Assembly: GCA_048013815.1 (NCBI GenBank)
Contig: CM106585.1
Coordinates: forward strand, 7,564,001-7,628,000
Length of the DNA: 64,000 nt
Direction of reading: 5' to 3'
DNA from: Setoptus koraiensis
Taxonomy: Eukaryota; Animalia; Arthropoda
The notes under the pieces are model-generated. The model worked only from the letters and a program-made list of their open reading frames with translations, searched no databases and was not told the DNA's origin. The first letter of the stretch is position 1. Every line of letters begins with the position of its first letter. Below, in pieces: positions 13,799-24,500 of this stretch. A program made the position numbers and the translations under genes.

Positions 13799-14348
13799 AG
13801 TAGTAGCCAACTGGAATATTATTGATGGTAACTACAATGAGCATACTGTATCGGGCTCGACCTGTCGTTGCAGGTAGTCTATAGAATAAACATCGATAAA
13901 ACTAAATATCACTATAATAGTTATAGGACAGAGCACATGAATAAATTCTTTTCATCAGCTTGGTTTATTATTTCATTTTTATTATGCCTCTAACTAATAT
14001 CTTGAAGATTGACTGGGGCTTGGGAATGACTGGAGTTACACACATTAAAACTCTCACTAGCGACCTAGGTTAGATAAGGAGTATTTTGGTTAATCTGAAT
14101 TATTTCGGATGATAATCTACCGTATTTCTTGTGTATAAATAAGAACAAGGCTGATAATAGGAAGCATATACCGCCAACAATAATCGATCGATTCGATTAT
14201 TGTGAGCGGATAAATGTAATTTAATCCTTTGAAATGCATCAGAGATCTTACAAGTTCGCTTGTGCGAAGGCAGAATATTGTGGGATGGTGTGATACTTCG
14301 AATGATGTCATCACGTTCTCATTGTTTTCAATTCGATTTGAAAGCGCT
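13725..14348. repeat. Copy 1 of a local segmental duplication (blocks 13725-14184 and 14214-14348)
   Basis: 13725-14184 matches 18057-18516 with 5 mismatches in 460 bp (hand comparison). 14214-14348 matches 19540-19673 with about 5 differences, including a 1-bp indel. Confidence 0.95.
14065..14184 (-). pseudogene. CDC50A 3'-terminal relic (last ~40 codons only)
   Basis: Nearly identical to 18397-18516, the C-terminal end of the intact CDC50A. The rest of the CDS is absent and the sequence jumps to a copy of the CDC50A upstream region. Confidence 0.88.
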
Positions 14349-14964
14349 TTCGAGGCGATAGGAATTTAGAATTTGCTTCAGCAATGCTTGTGATATGCGT
14401 GTATGCGTATTTGTAAATGTATACAACAGGTAGTGGATAATAAAAAATAATCGTCACATGGCATAGTTTACTGATCTTATCCTATGGTTGATGGCATTCA
14501 GCAACAGAACAGGTTCTTGATCTTGCTTGATTCTCGAATGAGTAGAGTTTAATACACAAATGAGTCACCATCGACTAACCTATTGAATTTTGACAGTGGA
14601 ACAATGACGCCATTGCGTGCCAGCGTGTTTTCAATGTCAGTAATTAGTATCGAATAGTCACGTACTTTTTGTTTGTATTTGTATTTGAAATGTGTCAGTT
14701 GTACACAACGTGAAAACTCTGAAGAATTTTTGATGTCTTCAGCACATAAACCTATTTATCTCTGTGATTTAATATCTATTTAGTCAGCACGGAGTCACCA
14801 TGGAGTCACCATGGAAAGTCAAAGGGAAACGGAAGAGGAAATGGCGGCGACAATCAATTCAGCGTCATCTATTGTAAGTGACATATTGTTTGTTGCAGTC
14901 TCGTCGCATCTCAAACGCTCAAATGAATACCTGGACACTGTACATTTGATACAGAGCAACACGC

Positions 14965-17900
14965 ATGGCTAGAAGAAGCGAACCAGCGTCAATTTGTGTC
15001 CAGATTGCGGTGGGCCTGATAAAGGTTTTGATGCTCATTTTCGATATCATCACTTTGCCTTGTTATTTCTTTTGGCAGCGACCAGATCTTCGAAGGCAAG
15101 CCGCTTACCAGTTGAAATCGGAACGAGTGGACGATAATACCTGGATAAAGACGACAAGAACAACAACCAATTGTTTGATAAACAGCAAAATCCATCGCAA
15201 CAGAAGCCAGTATGACAACAATAAAGCCTTTTATTCGTTTGACAAAAGGGTCACGGCCAAAAGTAGACAAAAATACAATTTCAAAGGATCCACATTAAAT
15301 GAAATATTTGCCAATTCCGTCATCGAACACAGTGCCAGGCCCTGTTTGGGCTACAGGGCCCTCATAACATGCCCCGTTGTTGTTCACGACAAACAAGGCA
15401 GGCAAACACTGCAAGAGAAAAGTTTTCGCAGCGACTTCACCTGGTACACCTATGAACAAGTGGGCAGACGCGTCCAAGATATCGCCTCCGGATTGTATGC
15501 TCACTCTATTTATCCCAATTCTAGAGCTCTCATATTCGGCGACAGTTCACTGGAATGGTTTATAGCGGCCCACGCTTGCTTTCAACTGGGCATACAATTG
15601 GTACTGGCGCCCGATATTAACGATGCCAAAATATTGGCCTCTATAGTGAGAGAGGCCAAAGTGGAGTCAATATTCGCTTCGTGCACTAAATTGGACTTAA
15701 TCAACAGATTGTTCGAGTGCGTCCGGCACGAAATGAGTGAAACTGGGCCAGAGACAGGAAAGACGTCGATTGCGGTGAAACAGATTGTCTTAATTGATTG
15801 GCAGTTTTCAATTGATTTCAACGAGCCCGATTTCGGTGCACTCAAACAAGCGACAAAAAATCTCGTCGGAAATATTCTGGCCATGGGCAAAATCGAGGAG
15901 AGAGGCTCAGAGAACCCCATTGAGTTGGGGTGCCGCTTGAAATTCATGGCCGATTGTGGCGACGATGCCCAGAAACTGCCATCGTCGTTGCTGCAAGACG
16001 AACCGTTTCTGACTCACAGACTCACCGGCGGTTATAGTCGGTCCACTCTGGATGTGGCCGCTCGAAGTGCCGACAACGAGCCCCAAGACAGCAAGACGAC
16101 CAGAAACAACTACAAAAATGATGTTCAACACAGCACCAGTGCGAGGCATCGAACCAGGAGCCAAGGCAGTGATCGCAACACAAACCCGCCCTCGGAAAGT
16201 TTCAATTTCAGCCACAATTTTGGCCGTACGAATGGTATCGCTCCGCTGGTGGCAAACGGAAAAACAACAAACAACAGAAGGGCGGCTGAATTCAAGAGGC
16301 CCGAACCCGATGATCTGGCCATGATTGTCTACAGCTATGGTTCGATGCGAAAACTAAAAGGTGTCACGCTCACTCATGCCTGTCTGGCGCGTTGCAATCA
16401 CTATTCGTTCTTGGATGGCATCATTCAGGACGATGATTTTCATTGTGCCGTTTTGCCATTGGACAATCTGTTTGAATTTATCACAGAAATGTGCCTGTTT
16501 AGTCGGGGTGCCTCAATTGGTTATTCTTGCGGCGCCGAGACACTGTTCTACGACGGAAGCGAGCTCACTAATAAGCGAGATCGTTGCGATTTGGAGGCTC
16601 TGAAGCCCACCTTTCTGGCCACTCGTCCGGTCATGCTAGAGCGATTTAGAGCGGCCATAAATGCGTTCATTGGCGACAAAATGAATCCCATTCTTAGCTA
16701 TTTAATGATAAATGTCATATATGACTACAAGAGATATTGGGCAAAAAACTACTACAACACGCCGCTGATTGACAGTTTGTTTTGTTCGAGATTGCGAGCG
16801 CTGTTGTTTGGCTGTAGGGCAAAATTCATTTTGTGTCATGGCGCAACAAAATGTTCCGAAACAAAAGATTTCTTTGCCTTCATGGTGAACATACCTATCA
16901 TTGAATTGTACGGCCAGACAGAGGCAATAGTGAGCATGATGTCAGCCATAGACATATGGGACTTTCACGAGAGTAATCACGGCAAAAAATACGAATCCAT
17001 AAGAGAGCGTCTACTATTGCATCAGGCACAGGGACCTCAGCCGGACTTTCAGCAGATACAATTGATGCCTTCGACAACAAACAGCAATCTCACCATAAAG
17101 GAAAGCTCAAAGAATCTGCTGATAACGTCGTCGGTGTTTTGTCCCACGCAACACATGCGCATCAGATTAGAGGATTGGGGCGATTTCCGCACCACCGATT
17201 TGCCCTATCCGAGGGGCCGGCTAATTGTGGGCGGCGACATTGTTGGCAGGGGCTATTTCAACGATCGTCATCAGCAACTGACAGACAAATTGTTTTACGT
17301 GGACTCAAACTTTATTAGATGGTTCAAAACGGAGGACATAGCCCAGGCGCTACCAAACGGCACCTTCGAAATAATATCGTGCATGTCTGATTTGATCAAG
17401 ATGGCCGACGGTCATTTTATATCGCTCGGTCAGGTGGAGCAAATATTGCGCAACAGTCAATTTGTGGATAATGTTTGCGCTATTTGTTGCGAAGAGCGAA
17501 AGTTCCTCATAGCGTTGGTGGTGCCCAATTTGCAACGCTTGGCACTAAAGTCGCCCGGCGCCGATGACATCAAAATGGCCATAGGTATTGGCGGGCCGGA
17601 ACCGGACGAATTGAACGACATTGATTTGCGGCGCGAGGTTTGCAACGACCGGCTGCTGTGCGAGTTCGTCAACAATCATCTCAGCGAGTTGGTGCTGAAA
17701 GCGGGCCTACAGGCCATTCCGAAACGCTTTCACTTGGTGGCGGAGATATGGACGCCAGAATCGGAACTGGTGACGCCGTCGTTGAAGCCCTCTAGGAGGA
17801 ACATTGAGAAATTTTATGCCTGCGAAATAGAGACAATATTCAAGACGGAATTTGTGAGGTCGCCGAGCGAGCGCCGACTGAAGCTGCTGAGGATGAAAAA

Positions 17901-18015
17901 GATCAGACAGCAGGGCTGTAACGGGGCCGGCGGAAACGCGTCGCGTCTGGACAAGAGCGCCCACCACAGCAGGATGCTGTCGCCCGCCGACAACTCGCTG
18001 AGGCTGTCGATCTGA
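14965..18015 (+). CDS. Long-chain acyl-CoA synthetase (ACSL3/4)-like protein, intronless, with degenerate ATP-binding motifs
   Basis: 1016-aa ORF with an ACSL3/4-type N-terminus (IFDIITLPCYFFWQRP), FTWYTYEQV, LKPTFLATRP, YGQTE, RLEDW...DLPYPRG, ISLGQVEQIL...FVDNVC and EIWTPESELVTPSLK. The P-loop reads YSYGSMRKLKG. Confidence 0.88.
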   Translation: MARRSEPASICVQIAVGLIKVLMLIFDIITLPCYFFWQRPDLRRQAAYQLKSERVDDNTWIKTTRTTTNCLINSKIHRNRSQYDNNKAFYSFDKRVTAKSRQKYNFKGSTLNEIFANSVIEHSARPCLGYRALITCPVVVHDKQGRQTLQEKSFRSDFTWYTYEQVGRRVQDIASGLYAHSIYPNSRALIFGDSSLEWFIAAHACFQLGIQLVLAPDINDAKILASIVREAKVESIFASCTKLDLINRLFECVRHEMSETGPETGKTSIAVKQIVLIDWQFSIDFNEPDFGALKQATKNLVGNILAMGKIEERGSENPIELGCRLKFMADCGDDAQKLPSSLLQDEPFLTHRLTGGYSRSTLDVAARSADNEPQDSKTTRNNYKNDVQHSTSARHRTRSQGSDRNTNPPSESFNFSHNFGRTNGIAPLVANGKTTNNRRAAEFKRPEPDDLAMIVYSYGSMRKLKGVTLTHACLARCNHYSFLDGIIQDDDFHCAVLPLDNLFEFITEMCLFSRGASIGYSCGAETLFYDGSELTNKRDRCDLEALKPTFLATRPVMLERFRAAINAFIGDKMNPILSYLMINVIYDYKRYWAKNYYNTPLIDSLFCSRLRALLFGCRAKFILCHGATKCSETKDFFAFMVNIPIIELYGQTEAIVSMMSAIDIWDFHESNHGKKYESIRERLLLHQAQGPQPDFQQIQLMPSTTNSNLTIKESSKNLLITSSVFCPTQHMRIRLEDWGDFRTTDLPYPRGRLIVGGDIVGRGYFNDRHQQLTDKLFYVDSNFIRWFKTEDIAQALPNGTFEIISCMSDLIKMADGHFISLGQVEQILRNSQFVDNVCAICCEERKFLIALVVPNLQRLALKSPGADDIKMAIGIGGPEPDELNDIDLRREVCNDRLLCEFVNNHLSELVLKAGLQAIPKRFHLVAEIWTPESELVTPSLKPSRRNIEKFYACEIETIFKTEFVRSPSERRLKLLRMKKIRQQGCNGAGGNASRLDKSAHHSRMLSPADNSLRLSI

Positions 18016-18056
18016 TTTGACTCTGGTATCTAGGCCGTGTTTATATAATATGCAAG

Positions 18057-18516
18057 TTGCTGTGTCAGGTGGAGTATTCATCCTGGAAAGGCAAAAGAAT
18101 AACAAGAATCAATCATTGGAAATGAGTTAAAGTAGTAGCCAACTGGAATATTATTGATGGTAACTACAATGAGCATACTGTATCGGGCTCGACCTGTCGT
18201 TGCAGGTAGTCTATAGAATAAACATCGATAAAACTAAATATCACTATAATAGTTATCGGACGGAGCACATGAATAAATTCTTTTCATCAGCTTGGTTTAT
18301 TATTTCATTTTTATTATGCCTCTAACTAATATCTTGAAGATTGACTGGGGCTTGGGAATGACTGGAGTTACACACATTAAAACTCTCACTAGCGACCTAG
18401 GTTAGATAAGGAGTATTTTGGTTAATCTGTATTATTTCGGATGATAATCTACCGTATTTCTTGTGTATAAATAAGAACAAGGCTGATAATAGGAAGCATA
18501 TACCGCCAACAATAAT
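18057..18516. repeat. Copy 2 of the duplicated block (carboxypeptidase C-terminal tail, shared 3' UTR interval, CDC50A 3' end)
   Basis: Constant offset of 4332 bp from 13725-14184. It begins 41 bp after the ACSL-like stop codon. Confidence 0.95.
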
Positions 18517-19473
18517 ATAGGCTATTCCAAGAAAATTATTTTTTCCTCCTAGCCATGATGTGTTGGATAGAATAAAGCGCTTTGTGCCACCAAATACTAC
18601 AACTGGATAGTTGTAATTTACAATGAGGTAATATTTACCCTTAGTCAAGACGGAGTCTTTGGTTGAAGAATCATTTTGAACAATACCCCAAAGTTTCCTA
18701 AAAGTTGGCAATGCAGCAGTTCGCATCCAGACAATAAGATCTTCATTCTGGAAACCATTGTTGCTTGGATCTTTTTTGAGCTCAGAAACTCGTTTCCGCC
18801 AGTTAGGTGGTTTAACAGTATTCGCAAAAGCTAATGTAAGATTATCGGCAGGTTTAGGGTTCTGAAATCTGATATTCTTATCAGACGACCAGGCAATTCC
18901 TTTTTTTGAGATAGACACTTCAATGTTAGTGCTCGCCTTGGTAAGTTTAAAGGTATCATTAAATAGGCTATTGGCGATAGCGCCACAGGGAGCTACTGGC
19001 CTGCGTATACCATTTTCGTCGTTTGCATAGTCAAACGGATAGCACTCGCTGCCCACTGATTGTGGATTTCCCAATAATTGAAGGTCATCTCGTGATTTAA
19101 CATAACGTCGGTGGTTCTGATAAAAATTTGTCAGACTATAATAAACAAAAACGTCCTTTTTGAAATCTTCTGGTAGATTAATTGTAATATTGCACACGCA
19201 GGAAGAATTTGAGGGATTTTTTTGTGATGTATACTGTCCAGGTATTGGTGCAGTTGCATTTGCACACGATAGATTAGTATTATCCTTAGATTTGCAATTT
19301 GTGTAATCTATTATTAACTCTTGTACAGATGTTGATGACATCAATAAACCAATTCCGATAGGCACAAAAGCAACTCCTATCAAGAAGAAGGTAGGCAAAA
19401 TGGTTCCAGCTGTCAGAATAGGCTGCCAGGCAGGTAGATTCTGTTGTTTAAAAGATGGTTTATCTTTTCCCAT
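18397..19473 (-). CDS. TMEM30A: P4-ATPase flippase beta subunit CDC50A/TMEM30A, intronless
   Basis: FKQQNLPAWQPILT, a first TM, FYQNHRRYVKSRD, VAPCGAIANSLFND, NEDLIVWMRTAALPTFRKL, SWLGGKNNFLGIAYI and a second TM. ATG at 19473. Confidence 0.95.
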   Translation of the reverse strand: MGKDKPSFKQQNLPAWQPILTAGTILPTFFLIGVAFVPIGIGLLMSSTSVQELIIDYTNCKSKDNTNLSCANATAPIPGQYTSQKNPSNSSCVCNITINLPEDFKKDVFVYYSLTNFYQNHRRYVKSRDDLQLLGNPQSVGSECYPFDYANDENGIRRPVAPCGAIANSLFNDTFKLTKASTNIEVSISKKGIAWSSDKNIRFQNPKPADNLTLAFANTVKPPNWRKRVSELKKDPSNNGFQNEDLIVWMRTAALPTFRKLWGIVQNDSSTKDSVLTKGKYYLIVNYNYPVVVFGGTKRFILSNTSWLGGKNNFLGIAYIIVGGICFLLSALFLFIHKKYGRLSSEIIQINQNTPYLT

Positions 19474-20027
19474 GATGACGATAATAATAATCAATTGGGG
19501 ACCAATATTATAGCAATTCCCACAATTATTTGTGGATGTATGTAATTCAATCCTTTGAAATGCATCAGAGATCTTACAGTTCGCTTGTGCGAAGGCAGAA
19601 TATTGTGGGATGGTGTGATACTTCGAACGATGTCATCACGTTCTCATTGTTTTCAATTTGATTCGAAAGCGCTAAATTCAAACTACAGTTTTTTTCGGAG
19701 AAAGTTCCAGGGGTCGCTACAATCGACTATTGCATGCGCTCAACTTGAGTGACCCAACCTGCGGCAACGTGTTGCAGGCTGCAACTTGCAGCGTGGTACG
19801 TGTAAAATATAGGCATTTATGTTAAGGTCAGCAATCTGGGCTAGTGTCTAGTCATAGCTCATCACATTCCAAAGTCCGGATAGATTAGAGTTTTGTTTGC
19901 CATTTATACAACATCAACTCCGTTTATATTCACTGCCAATCTAGATCCGAACATATAATCTGCTTATACTATATTTTGATCCGCATATTTTTGTTGAAAA
20001 TCTTACAACAGTTGAAAATTAGCGAAG

Positions 20028-21212
20028 ATGGACGAAGAGTTGGACTTGTTAAAGAATTCGCCATTGTTGAACGCCAAAGAGGGAACTTACGCCACTAGAG
20101 CTGTAAAGGCTGAAACACATGCAGATGGATCGCATAGTGTTGAATACGAAGTCGAGGAGCAGTTCTTTGATGAGAACGAACAAAATCTTGAGGAGGAGGC
20201 AACAGCCATGTTGGACGTTTGGAATAACATATTCACTGACAATTCCGATCTGCTAGATCTCAATCCAATATTCTCAAGCAAAACTGATGAAGATGACGAT
20301 GATTGTGGGTCCTTTGATGCAATGCAAACAAAAATGACGCCGATACAGGAAGATCAGGTCTTCATAAAGATTGTTCACTCTAATCCAACGGGCAAGCCAG
20401 TTACCCATTACAGTAGTGTATTGTACGATGTTGTTGGCTATTTGGAATACAATGACAACCCATTTGACAATTCTATTTCCAGGGGCGTGCCAATGTTCCA
20501 TCGTCTGCACAAAGACGGATTATTGCCAGGTGTGAGGATCGGACTAATGCACATGAGACAGGGAGAAAGAGCCCAAATCTTGATCAAACCAAAATATGCA
20601 TTCAAGGAATTAGGCTGTCCTCCTCGTGTGCCTGCTAACTCAACTGTGCTCTTTTCGATAATATTACACAAAACATGGGAAGAGAGTCCGCTTGAAGACT
20701 ATCTTGCTTCGAATCATAACGTAGAGGATTGGCCCTATGATCAGCGTTATGAGATGTGCATCAAGCAAAAAGAGGCTGCAAATCAATTCTTTAGAGATAT
20801 GCGCCTAAAAGAAGCCCTCGTTCGCTACAAAGCTGCCATAAAATGTCTCGACGAATTTCCGGCAATACTGTTAGCCGATCCATCATCCAAAGAAGCCAAA
20901 CTTCTAACAATTCTCCTCCAAAATGCAATGGTCATCTACAACAAGTTGCGCATGGCAAGAGCGGCAACTAAAACTGCCAAAAGACTATTAGAGAGCGATC
21001 CGAAAAATTTAAAGGCGTTGCACGGCATGTGCAAGGCGAGAATCTGCCTGGGCGATTACGATAAAGCATTAATTTATATCAAGAAAGCGGCTTCGATCGC
21101 GCCGGACCATAAGGATTTCGACAACTTGAAAAGTGAACTTGACTATCAAAAACGAGAAGACAGAAGAAGAAGTGAAGAACTTATGTCGAAAATGTCAAAA
21201 GTTTTCAGATGA
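20028..21212 (+). CDS. shu: FKBP6/shutdown-like FKBP-TPR co-chaperone, intronless
   Basis: Acidic N-terminus, one FKBP domain with YAFKELGCPPRVPANSTVLF (FKBP6-type CPP motif), then TPR repeats (QKEAANQFF...ALVRYKAA, KALHGMCKARICLGDYDKA). Confidence 0.82.
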   Translation: MDEELDLLKNSPLLNAKEGTYATRAVKAETHADGSHSVEYEVEEQFFDENEQNLEEEATAMLDVWNNIFTDNSDLLDLNPIFSSKTDEDDDDCGSFDAMQTKMTPIQEDQVFIKIVHSNPTGKPVTHYSSVLYDVVGYLEYNDNPFDNSISRGVPMFHRLHKDGLLPGVRIGLMHMRQGERAQILIKPKYAFKELGCPPRVPANSTVLFSIILHKTWEESPLEDYLASNHNVEDWPYDQRYEMCIKQKEAANQFFRDMRLKEALVRYKAAIKCLDEFPAILLADPSSKEAKLLTILLQNAMVIYNKLRMARAATKTAKRLLESDPKNLKALHGMCKARICLGDYDKALIYIKKAASIAPDHKDFDNLKSELDYQKREDRRRSEELMSKMSKVFR

Positions 21213-21564
21213 TTGAATAAATGTACAGTTGTGTCCTTAACTGGAAGGATAGTTTCTCTTGATTTTTTATCTAGGGGCCTTTTCCTTGCCCACCTTTTAA
21301 TCTTATACTACAGGAAATTAGGTATATTGGCCAATAGGGGCCGCATTGATAAATAAGTCCAGTTTGAAACAATACATTCCTGGCATTCTACAGTAGAGTA
21401 GGTGTGATGTACAAAAAATGAATGCGCATGTCGATAGTAGTTAAAGTATAAACCGCTTCTTAGTCAGTGCGGGGGCGGTCGTTTATATCACAGTGACTGT
21501 CAAACATATATACTGTACAACAGAATATTGTCGTCATGGATACTCTTCTTTTTATGTGAATTTA

Positions 21565-24500
21565 TCAGACTTTGATTGTTTTTTCTGGTGACGACATTTT
21601 ACCGTCACCACCCGCACTATAAGCCAGGACTCTCAACTTGTATTCCTCTCCGCGAATCAGATCATCAATAGTGGCGGTCAATTCTTTGCCGCCTAGTTTT
21701 ATGTCGATAACTTTAGCCTTAGAGATATTTTCATTAGTTCTCCAGTAGCGAACCTTATAGCCAAGAATAGGCTCTTCGTCCGTTGACACCGTCGACACGC
21801 CACGCCACCTGACTATCACACTATCAGAAACTGACGGGCTCACTTCGACGCTCGTTGGAGGTCTCAGTGGGGCCGATTTGTAGGTTTTAATGCGGAAAGA
21901 TTCACTCTGAGGTCCACTACCTGCGTCATTGTATGCCATTACAACCAGCTGATATTCGGTATCTGGCATAAGACCTACAATCAATCCCCAAGTCTTAAGT
22001 CCACGCTTCAAGGTGGTTAGAGAATCTGTTTGAGGGTTTCGCTTGCTTGGCCAATACTTGATGCGATATCCGACAACTTTATCATTGTTTTCTGGCACAT
22101 CTTCGACAATTGGCGACCAAGTGACATTGAGCGATGTAGAATTGAAAGCAACCGCATACACACTGCTCGGTTGTATATTAGGCATCATTTGAGCTGAGTA
22201 AATATTGGCACGATTAGGTGGTCCAACACCAATACGATTAACGGGAAATACGGCTACATTGTATAGTTTGTATGAGTTATCGGTGCCTACACTTATTGTG
22301 TAAGCGCTGCGATTTCCGGCCGCTTTCAACTCTTGTCTTTCGTAGTCCTGTGACTCATTCCGTTTGTAATGAACCATATACCAGATCTCGTCATCGCCCC
22401 AAAGAGCTCGAGGCAATGGGTCCCATCTGATAACAAGTGTGCCTGCTTTACCTCCACCGCCATTTAGGTTAGTTACTGCGTATCGCGGTTCGGAGGCCTC
22501 AGTCTTATACTGAGGACTAGGTGCCGAAGGTTCACCTATTCCGTGTTCGTTTGCACTAGACACGCGAAACATATACTGAGTGTTCGGCAAGAGATCCGAT
22601 ATAACGAAGTAGCGTCTGAAATATTGGAGACGCACAGATTGGGAAACTTTCAGGAGAGGCGCGTCAAATACTCGATTGGCTATAACTGTCCACGTCGAGT
22701 TATAATTCGTTCTAGCTTCTATAGTATGCGACGTGATTCTACTTCCGTGATTGTAGCCATCTGTCCAGGTAATCCGGGCTCGATTGCCAGTTTGTATTTC
22801 AGCAACTACCTGGCCGCATGGATCGGGCGGACCTTCAACGATGAGCCGGCCGCTAAATTCGACAGAGCCAACCGAGGTTTTGGCTTGACATGTATAGTTA
22901 GCTTCATCGACATAAGTTATATTATGCAGCACTAAACTGCCCGATTCACTTTTAGAGAATTTTTCGCCATCAGATTCGAAGTTTATCTTAATGCCATTCT
23001 TGTACCACACATGAGATATTTCCTGATTTTTATTGCCTATCACATCACAAGGCAGAACCTTAAAGGCATCTCCATATCTTGCAAGTTCGCGAACCAACAA
23101 TCGATTTGTGTCCATTGGCTTCGACAAAACAACCAACCAAGTAGATGTTCTTGGCCTCACAGTGTCTCCAAGTACTCCTACTTGCGAGGCAACACACTCA
23201 TACTTTCCTTCGTCTTCCAGTGTTAGATTCTTTATATACAAAAAGTTGTTCTTGAGTTTTTCAATTGTTCTCGAATAGTAACTTATCTCTCTATTGAATA
23301 GAGGCTGTCCGTTCTTATACCATTCAATCTTGTGAGCTTGTGGGAGACCCTCTGGGGCGCAGGCCAACGTTATCTCTTGTCCTACCATGGCATGAGTAGA
23401 ACTAGGTAAGGCATACTTGTTAAAGTTGAGCCTGAATTCCCCCACTTTTACCTGAGCTGTACTGAAGGCGCTACCGTGTTGATTGATGGCTGCACATTGA
23501 TACATACCGGCATCATGAAAACTTATGCCGTTGATTGACAGCGTTGAGATCTTGTCAGAGTTAATTATTATGTATCTAGAATCGACAATTTGTGACGTAT
23601 CTTGACCATCTTTGTACCATGTATAGGTGACGGCCGGCAATCCAAATGCTTCGCAAGTTAGCGTCATCGTTTCACCAGGATATAATATTTGATCTTCGAT
23701 GGGTTGAGTGAATTTAGGTGTAGCTTGAACGCTTACATAAACAGACTTTTGTATAAAATAACTGTCCAATACTGCCGTACAAATATATTCTCCTTCGTCC
23801 TCTATTTTAATCTTGGGCAACGACAACACTTTACCATCATTCAAAATTCTAAACTGATCTGGAAGTCGATTAGTTGTGCCTGTTCTAGTCCAATTGTAAC
23901 TCGGCGTTGGATAACCATAAGCCATACACTCTAACCTGACCTCTTGGCCCGCGAAGGGACCCTCTGGGAAGACCTTGGGAAAATCGTTGGCAAATTGTAA
24001 CTTTTGACCACTACTACCTGAGTCTACGTACAAGGGGAACGATGGTCCTGTCCTGCCTGTTGATGAAATAACACTCTGCACATTGCATGAATAATTGGCC
24101 CGATCTATCTTCTCTAGCGATGAAAAGTATAAATTACCATCGCGAGATATGAAAATTCTGGGACCTTCCGTAACAAAGTTTGGAAACTCAGAACGAGACC
24201 AGTAGTAATTCAAAGTTGATGGTCTACGAGAAGGAGCATCGCAAGACAATGCTTTGCCCCAATTTTCTTGGCCTCTCTCAGGAGATCGTTTTTTGGTGAA
24301 TTCCGTTATATAACCGAATTGTAATGTTATCTTTTTGCTTATAACTATACCATACCTATTTCTAGCCTGGCATTGGTATTGAGCTCTGTCAATTTCGGCA
24401 AGTGGATTCGAAATAATGAGTGTACCATCTGTCAATGTGAATCTATTGTCGCTTAAGACATCAATTTCTCTTCTAGAATCGCTACTGTCACTACTAGGCT

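Noticed and set aside
14199-14213. 15-bp exact match (ATTGTGAGCGGATAA) to the lac operator at the deletion junction
   Set aside because: The flanks do not continue into lac promoter or vector sequence, and the segment resembles a mutated form of the paralogous 19525-19540. Treated as coincidence; raw reads would settle it.
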